A stretch of 64,000 nt of DNA, taken from NCBI RefSeq assembly GCF_006345805.1, contig NC_043007.1, positions 37,262,001 through 37,326,000 of the forward strand. Direction: 5' to 3'. Of this stretch, positions 37,446-51,498 are shown in pieces. Source of the DNA: Octopus sinensis (Eukaryota). How positions within the stretch are numbered: position 1 is the stretch's first letter; every line of letters starts with the position of its first letter. Below the pieces are notes generated by a model. It did no database searches, was not told the origin of the DNA, and saw only the letters and a list, made by a program, of their open reading frames with translations. The translations under genes were made by a program, and so were the position numbers.

Positions 37446-40212
37446 TAGCTATATCTAAGCAGAACAATTTCCCATGCCATTGGACAAATTTTAATTTCAT
37501 TTCTATTCCTTTTGTTCTAAGTTTAAATTCCGTTGTAGTGTGGGTAGGTGATAAAATAAGTACCAGTCAAATACTAAGGTGGACTAACTCAATTTTTTTC
37601 ACACACACACACACACACCAAGTCCCAAAATTAGTTTTTGCAGTTATGTGGTAAATCTATATTTTTTCATACGAGTTCTTTGTATAGTCACTCATGATAC
37701 TGTTGACTCACTGGCTAAATCAAGATACTGATCATTGGAGTTGATGTGTTGTCAAAGCAACGTTGCAGTTTGATATGCTGTCACATTTGCTAACTAGGAC
37801 TACATGCTAAAATTAGGTGTTTATAAATGTATCTTATTCTGGATTCAAAATTTAGATTCTTTTAAAAAAAAAAAAAAAAAAAAAAGACTTTAATGCCATT
37901 CAACTAATGATATTTATCTTCATTAACATTGTATTTTTACTTTTGCTTTTTCCATGCTGACATGTGTTGGGCAAGGTTTATTGGGGCAGTATCCTACACA
38001 TAGATGCAATACTTGATGCCAGGTCTTATTTTGAGTCTGTATCTTTGCAACATCAAAATATTGCCAGATATTTTGTTTATTGGACACCTAAACATTACTT
38101 CCACAGTAATGTAAAATATATGCATGCACAACACGTTTCCATATGCTTTTGATCTATCAATTTCACATTGTTGGTCTATCTGAGGTTATATCATAGATAC
38201 TTGCTCAAAATGTCATGCAGTGGGATTGAACCTAAAGCTATGTGGTTATGAAGTTGACTGCTTAAAGATGCAGCCATACCTGCCCTAACTCAGAAATACA
38301 ATCCCCTAAATCACCAGCCAGCTAGATGTAGAATATTTCTATTTTGTTAAGTTCAGTGAGCCTCCTTAAAAACTCCATTAAGGTAGGGTAGAGTGAGTAC
38401 TCTTACAAATTAGATTTTTTTTTCTGTGGTTGTCTCTGCAGAACATCTTTTACATCTTTTCATGATCTACAGGTGGTGGTGAGTCAAGCAAATTTATGTT
38501 CAGCCATGACCATCTGATCTATTTTTTTTGCTCTCAGACTGTGCATCTAACACTATATCATTCTCCAAGATGTTATTTATTTCAAAATTGCAAGGAGTTG
38601 AAGAATTGGCTACTATTAAAAATAAAAAAAATTGTAGCAGGTTGAGTGGCTGTGCAAAAGTTTTTTATGATGTTCGGTTATAATTGTTGTTTCACCTCAG
38701 GAAAGCTCTGACTGAACATATCCATAACCAAAGGTGTCTCAGTTATGATTATCCCATTATCCCATAATTCTCTTGGGCATTAATCCAGTTAATGTCTCTT
38801 TTCAAGGCAGTTGGTTGTAATTTGAGAAAAATTTAGCTATTATTTCAACATGTCAAATGATCACAAAGAAGGTTCTTTGTCTTGTTATGACTTGGTTAAA
38901 CCTAAAACTGGCAATGTTACTCAGAAAGTAGTCTGATGTGTCTCATTTCAAATTTGGTTGCTGTAGCATCCAGAGTAGGTGAGCATGGTGAAGTACCATA
39001 CTACAGATTTGAATTTAGTACTGCAAGATGAAACTTTGATCAATAATACAGAACTCCATGGCAGCTAGTTTAGAGAAATGGTGGAATACTGGATTTAAGC
39101 AGCCTTACTATATATTTTTTGTCTTGATTCTTCACTCACACTCTTACCATAGCAGCAGACATAGCTGCCACTTACCTAGCCTTGGCTTAGCTCGGAATCA
39201 AACTATCTTCCCATCATACTTTTGTCATGTCCTTTCTTCTCCACCATCCAATCAAACTACTAGCCATGGTTTATAATTTATCTCTACTTTCTCCGTATTA
39301 GTTCTTCTTCTTAAAAAAAAAACTTGAATTTAGCATTTCAGGTTAATGTAAGTAACTCTCTTCATCAATGATGCAGTACTTCAAGGTCTGCAGTTAACAG
39401 AAACCATATTCTGTGAGATAGAATACTTGATGGAATTTAGTCCTGGTTCCTCTTAGCTTTTATCATACGAAGCGACGTATTGGGCACATAAGTTTTCCCT
39501 CTTTAGTTCCTTCACTCAGTTAGGTACAAATTTGTATAAAATACCAACAAACCCATTTTAAGATTTTTCTTGAGTAAAGTACTATTTCCAGTCTAATTGT
39601 TATTTCCTTCTTGTTCCCATTTTTTTTCTTTTTACTCAAATTACTTCCTTTAGCTTCCCCTAATCTGATTTCTCTCTCAAGGTCAGACCTTATGTCTGCA
39701 GTTCACAAAATGGTGCATTGCAATACCCTGGTGTTCAATGAAATGGAGAAAAGCCATGATAATAGTAAAATCATATTTCTTTTAAAAAAAGAGCAAAATG
39801 TAAACTTAAATTCTAAATATAAATAAACTCTTGATAGCTGGTTAATTTATTGAAATAATAAAATAGCATTTAATAATTGTTTACGTATTTGTAGACTAAA
39901 ATATATAAATGCTCATTATTTTGGTATAATTTTCACTTTATGCATTTAGAACATCAAAATATTGTGCTGCAAGTAAAAAGTGTTTGGGAACTGTTTCTCT
40001 GCGTGGATCAATATGGTAATGACATTTCAGCTGTGGGCTTAATGTATGAGAGCTCTTGGAACGAGTTACAACTGAAGAGCCAATGTATGCAGGCTGACCA
40101 ACTCATGGATATGTCTTGCCATACAATAGTCCAACAACTAACTGCAAGTGAGTAATGCTCTCAATGCATCACCAGCAGCGGGTGGTAGCTACTGTGGAGA
40201 CAGTTGATTTTT

Positions 40213-40249
<37 letters not shown>

Positions 40250-40250
<1 letters not shown>

Positions 40251-40550
40251 GAGGAGCAATGGCCCAGTGGTTAGGGCAGCGGACTCACGGTCGGAGGATC
40301 GCGGTTTCGATAACCAGACCGGGTGTTGTGTGTGTTTATTGAGTGAAAACACCTAAAGCTCCACGAGGCTCCGGCAGGGGCTGCTGGCGACCCCTGCTGT
40401 ACTCTTTCACTGCAACTTTCTCTCACTCTTTCTTCTGTTGGCCTGCTCGCTTAGCCAGCAGGATGGCGTCATTTGAAGGCTAAAACAATGTGAAGCGCAT
40501 TGTGACCAGCGATGTGTAACAACATCTGATAGCCTGGTCAGTCACGTGAT
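40250..40550 (+). mobile_element. tRNA-derived SINE family B
   Basis: A box TGGCCCAGTGG and B box GGTTTCGATAACC; head shared with the 37010 and 62815 copies. Confidence 0.85.
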
Positions 40551-43500
40551 ATATATATATATATATCATCATCATCATCGTTTTAATATCTACTTTTCTA
40601 TGCTTGCATGGATCAGACAGAATTTGCTGATGCAGATTTTCTATGGTTAGGTACCCTTGCTGTTGCAAATCTTCACCTGTTTCGAAGCAAAGTAATATTT
40701 CTCCATGACCAGACATATTTTTCATGGGAGACTAGAAATGAACATTTGCTTGCATGACAGTGATATTTTCTAATTCTCACTGACAAACAAAATTGATGTT
40801 GTTTAATCCCAGTTCAGCTTTAATTGAATAGACCTTGTGAGCAAAGACTTTCCAGCTGTGGAAAAAGGTTTTTTTTTTTTCCATATAAAACTATCCACTC
40901 CCTCTCTCAGCTGAGAGGTCCTGGTCTTGGAAGTTCATGGCTGCTGGTACCACATAAAAAGCATCTGTGCAGGTGCCATGTAAAGGAGTACCCAGTACAT
41001 TCTGTAAAGTGGTTAGCATTAAGAAGGGCATCTAATCATAGAAACCATGTCAAATCAGACACCTGCAAACTCTTGTTAAAATCCAACCCATGCCAGCATG
41101 GAAAACAGATGTTAATTGATGATGATATATTACTTAAAGTGACGTTCCTTTTCTAAGACAGTAATGTAGGAAGTTTGGCTGCTTTCCCCAACAGATTGAG
41201 CAATCACTTACAAAGGTTCTATCTACTGGAATGTATTATTTCCAGGTACTGTCAGCTTCGTAGTTGTTGGCTATCATATTCTCTTCAATGTGTTGATATC
41301 TCTTCCTAGCAAAACATAGTCCCTTTTGAAAAAGACAGAAATTCTTAGTTTGAGTAGGGCAGCTATTATGTGCCAGTTAGTCAAACTTGTGTAATCAGTG
41401 GTGAGATCAAACTTGGGGACATCAGTGAAACAAACATCTCGTAATCACTTGGCCATGTGCCATATACTTCATATTTACTCTTAATCCTAATTAATTCATG
41501 ACAGTATTTAATAGCAATGGAATTTTGCATATCTACATATGTATACATTTTTTTTTTTTTGCAGTAATTATTCACTTGCTAAATTATCCTTTGCTCTCTT
41601 TTACTGTTACTTTTTCTCTTTTTCTCTGTTTTATTATTTATTTATTTTATCTTAACATCACTAATTAAGATAATTGTTACAACAGTAATAATTATCTGAG
41701 TAAACATATTTATTATTTATTCTTCCCCCAAGGTCTGAATTTTATTAATAAATAAAAACAGTTTTTTTATCAATCATAATTCTATGTAATCAAGATGGGA
41801 TTTTGTTTGCTCTTTCACTTTGATTTGTGTGTGTGTGTGTGTATGACATACTCACACACACATGAACATATGAGACACACATGCACACACCTTTCTTTCT
41901 TTGTCATTAGACTGTGGCCATGCTGGGGCAATGCCTTGAGGAATTTTTGTTGAATGAATCAACCCCAGGGTTACTTTTTGATTTGTAAATCCTGGTGCTT
42001 ATTCTATCAGTTTCTTTTTCTGAACTGCTAAGTTACAGGGATGTAAACACCAACATCAATTATCAATCAGTGGTGAGGGATAAACACATACTCAAAGACA
42101 TGTATCATGGGCTTCTTTCAGTTTCCATCTACCATATCCACTCACAAGGCTTCGGTAGGCCTGAGGCTATAGTAGACACTTGCCTAAGGTACCATGCAGT
42201 GGGACTGAACCCAGAGCAAACTTCTCACCACACAACCATGTTCAGAAAAAAAAGTAAAAAAAATAATAATAAATAAATAAACCTGTCCTCCAGCTTGAGG
42301 ATTTGTTTTTAAGGTGTTGGTGCTAGTATACTGAGGTGGCATGAAGTATTTGTCATTTGACTCTCTGTTCACCTTACCTTGTAAATCTAGTTATGGCAAT
42401 AAAGAAAAGTAAAATAACGATAAAATGAAGATCCATAGGGGAGAGGGTGGTGGATAAAGCACAACAATAGCACTCCCTCCTTCCTCCATCCTGTTGGCAT
42501 GATAGTAGAAAACTAGTCGTTAGGTTGGTGGAAGTGAATCCACGTGTACTGCTTACCTTGTACAAATACTATCATCCTACAGAGAGGAAAAAAAAAAAGA
42601 AAAAATTGCCCCTCCTCTCACCCTCATCACAAGGCCATACTTCTATTTTAGGTAGAAGGAACAAACAATCAAGATCAAAACTGAAGCCAGTACTTGGCTG
42701 TTTGTTACTCTTTGTTTAATTATGGTCCCTGAATTGTGAACAGCAATGTTGACTTTGATGGGGGTTAAACTCAGAACTTAAATGAATGTGATGTAAAAAA
42801 TAGTCGAGGGATTTTGTCCAGGACGAGTATGTTGGTAGGGTCCTTTTGACTTTTGGGAAGCAAAGGAGCATATATTATAGGTTTATTTGCATCCAGAGAA
42901 AAAAAAATATCTTTTTACTTGTTTCATTCTTTGGACTGTAGCCATGCAGTGGCACCACTTTCAAGGGTTTAGTCAAACCCTTGAAACAACAGGCTTCAGT
43001 TTCTGTCTATTGAATCTGCTCTCAAGGCTTTGGTTGTCTTTGGACTTCTAAGTAGAAGACACTTACTCAAGGTGCTGCACAGTGGGACTGAACCCAAGAC
43101 CACGTGGTTTGGAAGCAAACTTCTTACCTGTACAGTAGACTGGCTGTGAGGGTAAGAATGCTCACTACACTCTGAAGAATGTAGTCAGGCCCACTAATGG
43201 AGCCAAAATCATAAACAGTTTCTGTAAAATACCCTTCTCTCCTGCTAGTGCTAAATGATGACCATATTTGTTTTGTGGAATTGAAATAGCAGAAACCATT
43301 TATAATTCCTTAATTGAAGAGATGAAATAGCAGATGCTGAGTAGTGTAATTGATAAAGGCAGTAGATAGTGTCTAAGTCCTGCCAGTGAATCCTGTTATT
43401 TCTGCTTATAATGTGTCTATCTCATGAGAAATTTTGTTGTAACACTATATAACAAAATATCGTTGATCTTCCAGGTGCATACATTAAATTTTAAATTTTA

Positions 43501-46500
43501 GCATAACACAGTTTAGTTGGTGACCAAAATATACATAAAGGTATCCAAGAGTGTAATTCTTCACCCAGAAGATGATAAATATTTGGTTTGCTTCACCTCA
43601 ATTGGCCTGTTTGAAATTATGGTGTATAATGTCTTACATTATTTTTACATCAGAAACATGTCAGTTAATTTATGAAAGAGAAATTGAATTATTTTTTAAA
43701 AAGCCACATAAAAAGCATCTAGTCCACACTGTAAAGTGGTTGGTATTTAGAAGGGCATCTAACTGTAAAATGCCATGCCAAAACTGACCTCTCCTGCACT
43801 GGTGCCATGTAAAAAACACTCAGTTCACTCTACGAAGTGGTTGGTGTTAGGAAGTGCATCCAGGCATGAAAACCATGCCAAAACAGACAGCGAAGAAAGG
43901 TGCAGTCTTCTGCCTAGCCAGCTCCTCACAACTGTCCAACCCATACCAGCATGGAAAGCGGACATTAAATGATGAGGATGTTTGGGGTCTAAATGTTAAT
44001 TTAGATGCCCTTGAGATACAAGCAGTTTGGAAAGATAAAGAATTCTTTTAGCTTCTCTGGAGAATAAATATCTGCAAAGGAAAAAGTGGTTTTATACTTT
44101 TGTATGTCTTATTCGTTAATGGCTCAGTGATTGCTTGATTTGGTAATATCACCAGATTAGGGGCACAAATCTCGAGAAAGAGGTTCAGATCTTGGGGCAG
44201 TCCTGAACCAGCAATAGGTCTATGATGAAAAGCATTCCAGATATAGTGTATGTTGGATTACATGATCCAGTGTATCCTTTTTTTAAAGTTGGTAAGGTCT
44301 AATTTGAGGGTGATTTGGGTTGTTTTTAGAAAGTTGAAATGCTGAGTTGAGACAATGAGAGAGCCTCAATGTGCTAATATGAAGTATTAGAAAAAGAAGC
44401 CCAAACTCCATCATTGCACCCTACTATCTTATAAAAGGAAGGCACATAGGATGGATTGTGTAATCCTAAATACACTGTCTTAAGGCAGAATAGTCATACT
44501 AGAATGCCTTTGATCTTTGGTTTGCTCAATCAGGACTTGCTTAAACAACTGTGCTCATTCAGGCCCACTCATTGTTGACATTGTTGTCCCCAACCTGTAG
44601 GACATCTTACGTTCCTATTTATAAGCCAACACTAGTGACACTAGTTATGTGGTTAACTGGGTCACCCAGTCCTTGGTTTTCACAGTTAAGATTTGCCTTT
44701 CTCTCTAGGCAACAACCAACCAGTTTTGCATTGCTTCCCTCCCCCACCCCCGTGGTGCCATAAAGGTACAAATGAACAATAAGCTAGTAAGCCCAATTAG
44801 TAAAGGTATGTGTGTGTTTGCTATTTTTTTTTTCAACTTGCTCTCTGACTGGACTCTAACCTATATTCAAGCAGTTTTTTGTTTACCCCTGAACACTGGT
44901 TAGGTCTCCCACATCTCTCATCTGTACATTAACAACCTACTCTTGTTACTTCTAATAATGCACCATGGCATTGTCATTATCTTCATTCTTTTTTAACCCT
45001 TTAGTATTTAAACCAACCATATCTGGCCTAAATATTCTGCTTGTGTTTTGCTGAAATTGGCCAGCCCCTGTCTTACACACCCACTCAGCAATGTCTTTCT
45101 AAAACTAAACAATCACGCTAGTGGCATGTAACAAGCACCAACCGAGCGTGGCCGTTGCCAGCCTCACCTGGCACATAAAAAGCACCCACTACACTCACAG
45201 AGTGGTTGGCATTAGGAAGGGCATCCAGATGTAGAAACACTGCCAGATCAGACTGGGCCTGGTGCAGCCTCCTAGCTTCCCAGACCCCAGTTGAACCGTC
45301 CAACCCATGCTAGCATGGAAAGCCGACGTTAAGTGATGATGATGATGTTGAATTCAAAACAATGTGAATGAATAAATTATACATTTGACAGAGTCATCAG
45401 AATGCTAAAAGGTTAATATTCTACTTGTAATGAACCAACATTGATTCAATGAATCTAGTCCTTGAAAAAGTTCTTTAATGAAGACATCAAACCTAATGTC
45501 TTTCAAAAGTATTAAGATGGAATTACATATCAGTTTCACATTTCACTCACACATGAACAATACACAACTGAAGTTCTTAAAGTTGCTACAATTAACTAAG
45601 ATATTTGTAGCAACTTTGTGTATTTGTGTGTATTCATACATTTTACTAATAGTCCTATTTACAGCAAGGTACATTGATCTATTGGAAGTTGGGTCTCTTT
45701 GCCATAGATACATCGCACCAGCAACAGGATATAAACTGTTGATTTTTTTTTTTTTCTGACCGTTAGTCTGGCATCTCTTTGACTTCCTAACCTGCAAAAT
45801 TTGTGGATTGAAACAACTTTATAAAACTTGGCGACCAGCCCAAGTTGGCACAGCAGTCACTGACAGCTGTCGGTAAACCTGTATCAGTCTTTTTGCCGAA
45901 TACTGGCTTGCTTTTGTTACTCTTACACTCACACCCTCTAAATTATCAGTTCTTGACCCTCTGAACTCTTATAAGAGGAGGGTATGTTGCTCACATACTT
46001 GCATATACATGCATAAACACATGCACACACACCATATGTATCTACGTCTTGTTCTAATGAACTTAGCTAGGAAACGAACATCTTCCTTCCTGTAAAGTAT
46101 CAGTCAATCATGAAACTATTCTTATGTCCTTATTTCCTTCATCCAAACTAGCTACAGTCTGTCTTACATTACCCGTACTTCTCTTCAGTTTCTCATCCTT
46201 GTTCTCAACATGAAGGCAACAAATTTCAATTTAGCACTTCGAGCTAATGAGACCCTCACTGATCAATAATGCAGTACTGGAACACTGGACTAAATATCTT
46301 TAATTTGTGATGCTGCATAGCAGTGAGACTTAAGTATTGAATATGAAAAATTTGCTGAGTCTGGAGTGAAATGTTGTGGTCAGTTGGATGTGGTTTGTAT
46401 GGACTTGCAATGTGAATGAATGATAAATGCGGTGTAGAAAAGTGCTGTCTGTGGAGTGTATCTATGGAAACAACAACTACTGCAACACAGTTAATCATAA

Positions 46501-48919
46501 AGACTATGTCTGAGCTGAAACTGCATGTATCACTTTGTCAGCAGAGCGATCTCAGCTATAGAGGTTGTTGAATACTGCAACCATACTGCAGAAGAGCAGG
46601 AGTAGAATCCAACCCTTTAATGTGTATGGCATTTCATCAAGCCTGGTTAGATTGACATGCTAACTATTGAGCCAATAATGAGTTCTCTTCCCTAGCAACC
46701 AAATATTCAGGGCACACCCTATGATTCCCCATCATCAAGAGAAAGGACATTAGATTGTGTAATTTTAGATACACTGTTGCATGACTACAATGCCTTTCAT
46801 CAAAGGTCTACTTGGTCAGGATTGGTGCTGCACTGTAACTAGTTACTGTAATCTTACTTTTTCAGGCTTAAATAAGGGTTCTCATAGACGGGCTGTAACT
46901 CTCGAGCTGTGTTCAGCCATACTATGTGGCACACCCAAGTCCATAGTCAACCTTAACTCTGATGCTTATTAATTTTCTCCTTCATCTATGTTTTCTTTTA
47001 ATATCTTTATTCCTTTTCCTTCTGATGGTAACTGAAACCATAACATCTGGAGCTACAACAAATATACTTTCCTTTGGTTTCAACAAAAATTATTTCAGTT
47101 ATTGATGACCTTAATTGCCTTATTCATTGTATTAAAATGTAAATGGCTGGTTATTTCAGATATTTGTACTCTTAATGTAATCTTCTAGTAGAATCAGTAC
47201 GAGACTGCAACAAGACTGGATTTTTAAAGTTATAGACACAGTCCAGCAGGTTTTCACATGAGTTTCCAATCTACTTCATTTCATTCACAAAACTCAGACT
47301 AACCCATGGCTCTTGGAGAAGGTATTTGCCAAAGATGACACTGAATGAGTTGGAACTCAAAACTTTGTGATTGAAATGTAGTTACAGACATGCAACCATG
47401 TTGAACGACAAAGATACATTAGGATATGGCTTGTAAATTGATAAAAACAAATTTGATTTAAATGTGCATTAATTAGAGTTCCATTGAACTGAATCTGCTT
47501 ACCCAGGTTCAAATTTCCCTTGTACCTCAATGGCAAAAAAGATCACCAGACCCAAACTCTGATGTCAATAATTGCTCGATGACCTATTGATGGATAATTG
47601 TGGTCATGAAAGATCAAGCTGGTGACAACTGTTTACTGCACATTTGCTTAAAGGGAAGTGATTAGAGGTAGATATATACTCAGAAGAGGAACAGTTTTTG
47701 TGGTGTTGGATATGATGTTTGTCTCTCACCCAGACTTTCCGTGTTTTCTATCCAGGAATTACTCCAGCTAGACACATCTACATGTATATGTATGCTCCAA
47801 CAAGTAAGTCCATCTAGTCACTTGTCCATTGGTCACTGAAGATACTTTGTCTTCTTTGATTGTGGATCTTTTGATGATTGTACTTAACGGTCAGTAGTAA
47901 TGGATTATGCAGTCACATGACTAACTGAAGAACTGCAAGTATTACCTTGTGCAATCCTTAGTATAAAAAAAACAACTATTTCCCATTTCATTGTCAAAGA
48001 TGTGCACAAGACCCCATCTACCATGATCAACCATCTAAGATTCATGATCTGCATTGCAACAGGAGATATCTACCAAATTTAGTGGTGGTATAGGTACTTG
48101 TTTCTCATATCACTGTGGCAAAGGTGATCCAAAATGACTGGTACTTCCTCTTAGCCCTATGAAGCTGCTGGAAACCCAGACTGTCAGAAAGCACCTTAAC
48201 CCTTTTTATACCGACCTGGCTGAAACCACCTCTGGCTCTGTAGTATAAATGTCTTATTTTCATAAGTTTTGAATTAAAATCTTCCACCAAACCTTAGTTA
48301 TCATTAAGCTAGTATTAGGGACATAAACTGTGACTAAGTTATTTTACTAAATTCTTTGTTATATTTATAATTAATTGAAAGAAACAGAGCATCTCAAAAT
48401 AAATTTGGTAATGAAAGGTTAAAACTGATCACATTTTTCTCTCCCAGCATGTACTTACCTAGCCTTCTTCTTGGACTCACCCACAAGCCCTACCAACTCT
48501 TCCCCTAGACACAAGCTCTGATCAGAACCAGGGGTCCATCACTCTCGAAGTAGTTTTACAGCATGCTTATTGGCCATTTTGAGTATTTCTGTGTCCCAGC
48601 TAGATAATCAGTGATCCTTTTCAGAGTTCATCTGGCCTTTTGATCTGCTGGTTTCTCAGAATTTGAATCTTTGTGGTCCAGTCATGTAACATATTGGATT
48701 GGATAAAAATTTCCCGTAGCGTTAGGTAACCACACACACACACACACACCACCATCTCTCTTTTCTCTCTGCCCTCAGTCATACTGGTGCTACTTTTAGT
48801 AAAGACCACGATTTTTCATGTTTACTTAACCTGCTAGAAATAACTGCAAACTCTTCCTCAAATCCCTCCTTGCCATCTTAAAAGTGGAAGGACACATTGG
48901 ATAATGTAATTGCGGATGC

Positions 48920-49445
48920 ATGTTCCTTTTTGTCTATTGCATGTGTGTCTGTCTTTTGTCCATTGCATGTGTCTCTGTCTTTTATCCATTGCATGTGTGT
49001 GTCTTTGGTTCATTGCGTGTGTGTGTCTTTGGTCCATTGCATGTGTGTGTGTGTGTCTTTGGTCCATTGTGTGTTCGTGTGTCTCTTTGGTCCGTTGTGT
49101 TCGTGTGTCTCTTTGGTTCGTTGTGTGCGTGTGTCTCTTTGGTCCGTTGTGTGTGTGTGTGTGTGTCTCTTTGGTCCGTTGTGTGTGTGTGTCTCTTTGG
49201 TCCGTTGTGTGTGTGTGTCTCTTTGGTCCATTGTGTATGTGTGTGTGTGCCTTTGGTCTGTTGCGCATGTACGCATGCCTTTGGTCTGTTGCGCATGCAT
49301 GCATGCCTTTGGTCTGTTGTGCATGCACGCATGTCTTTGGTCTGTTGTGCATGCACGCATGTCTTTGGTCTGTTGTGCATGCATGTATGTCTTTGGTCCG
49401 TTGTGCATGCATGTATGTCTTTGGTTCATTGCACGTGTGTCTTTT
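48920..49445. repeat. Minisatellite, about 19 units of roughly 24-34 bp
   Basis: Conserved core CTTTGGTC(C/T)(A/G)TTG followed by variable (TG)n or GCATGC-rich linkers. Confidence 0.95.
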
Positions 49446-49693
49446 CAATCTCTTATGTTTCTTGTCTTTATACAACTATTCGATATAGTTTCTCCCAGTT
49501 ATTCATCTATCCTTATAGGCACACAACTCGCTCCTCAGCATAAAACCATCTTCAATATATCTGAAAGAACTGTTTATTTTAAAGGCACACACTTATGTGG
49601 ATGTTCCAAGCTGTTGACACACATACAATCCTGCATATATACATGCACACTTATATATATTTGCATATGTATAGATATGATGTATGCGTACAG

Positions 49694-49756
<63 letters not shown>

Positions 49757-51299
49757 TATATATAGTTGTGCTTGTACACGCATAGGCATATGCACTCACA
49801 TGTGAATGTATAATGTTAAGACTTGTTCAGCTATAAAGAACATCTGTTTGACTTCCTAGGTAGATCTATCTGGTTGCTATATTTGCTCTGGTCTTCACTG
49901 TTTCAAATTCCCCTGGCTGTTTGTTTACATTGCCAATACTTATGTACAATTAAAGGAAAAGGGGTTTTCATAAACACTAGCAAGAATTTTGTTCAGTAGT
50001 AAAGTGTAACATTACTGGGTGCTTTTATTTATTTTTGTACACTAGTTAGACATCATTTGGTTCTTGGTTCAAATTGTCATTAAGCACTAAATCTGTTTTA
50101 AAGTGAAGTTCACAAGTTCAGTTAAGTCATGAATGCAGGTCTTTCATTTGAGAGAAAAGTTTTTCAATGCTCCTTTTTTTTACCTCCTCCCCTTCTCTCT
50201 TTTAATGGTTTTGTGCATATACTTTTCATGTCTTTAGTGCCAGTGTATTTAAAGGTTCTATCATTGTACCCCACTATATTCTATGGTGTATTTGTTGTTC
50301 AACCTCCTGATCAGTCCTGATTAAACAGGTCCATCTTTACAAACATTTTCTTAAGGTAAGAGGGTGTAATTTAAAGAAAATTTAACTGCTATTTCTGGCA
50401 AGTCAGAGGTGGGCACCTAGAGGCCTCTTTGCTTGATTATGAAGATCCTTTATTCACACTACACAGACGTTAATGTACGACGCTCTGGCTGCTAAGAGAA
50501 CTCAAGGTTTTACAACATGATATTAAATAATAATATTGATGGAGTTTGTAATCTGTTATTTTACAATGCTCCAGTCCCAGTTGGTTTAGATCTCAGAACA
50601 CAAAGAGACAAATCTAAATACTGCAGGGCATTAAAAGGACAGTGATGGGACTGCTGCCGTGCAAAGAGGCCCCTGGAGAATAACGGTTCAGCATAGGGAA
50701 CCAAGATATCCCAGGAGTTCTAATACTGAGATATGGTTTATGTGGTTTATAATTGTATAACCAAGTTGGAGTGTGTAAGTAAATGAAGTTTAGCTGCATT
50801 TCTAACCAATATTTAGTCGTAGTTGTGGGTGCTGCTGTGTAGTAAGTTTTCCTCTCAACCACATGGTTCTGATTCTCTTTATTTCTGAGTTCAATCCCAT
50901 CAGGATCAACTTTGCCTTTCATCCTTTCAAAGTTGATTAAAAAATAAAAATTATTTTAATGAAGTACAACCTAGGCCAGTGGATTGACAGCACTGTTAGT
51001 GCTTGGTAAAATTCCTTGCAGTAACTGTTGTGGCAATACTCTTGACAATATTGGTGCAAAGTCCAAGTTGGTGGTCTTTCTCATAGATAAATATCAGTAG
51101 CATGGACAGGAGAGGCATGTAAACTTGTATACATGGGCAACTACTTGTCTTCCACAAAAATTTTGCCTAAGCCAGCACATACATAGGCTGCATCATGATT
51201 AATATTGACCAGTAGAAGACCTACAATTTTAGTCCACTGGCATCCACAACACACCTCTGGAGGCAGGATAAGGTTTGCAAATAATCATGTAAAGTAAAT

Positions 51300-51498
51300 A
51301 TAACAAATGAAAAATCCTTCAAGAATCCATAAAAATCCCTGGATCACTACCAAAATTTCATCATCTGTTCCTTGTGTCATTACCAACTTTTCCTGCAAAG
51401 TTTATCAAATACCGTTCACAACTTTTTGAGTTATTTTGCATACAGACAGACAAACCAATGGCAATGAAAACATAACCTTTTTCCTTGGCGGAGGTAAT
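51300..51498 (-). mobile_element. Helentron-associated/DINE-1-like fragment
   Basis: Minus strand begins TTACCTCCGCCAAGG…GGTTATGTTTTC, then a (GTCT)n microsatellite and AATAACTCAAAAAGTT, the usual HINE 5' layout. Confidence 0.6.

Noticed and set aside
48858-49805. Long overlapping ORFs (up to 302 aa) on both strands, and a CRISPR-like repeat/spacer appearance
   Set aside because: They come from a stop-free minisatellite. The linkers are low-complexity and related to each other, there are no cas genes, and the context is eukaryotic.
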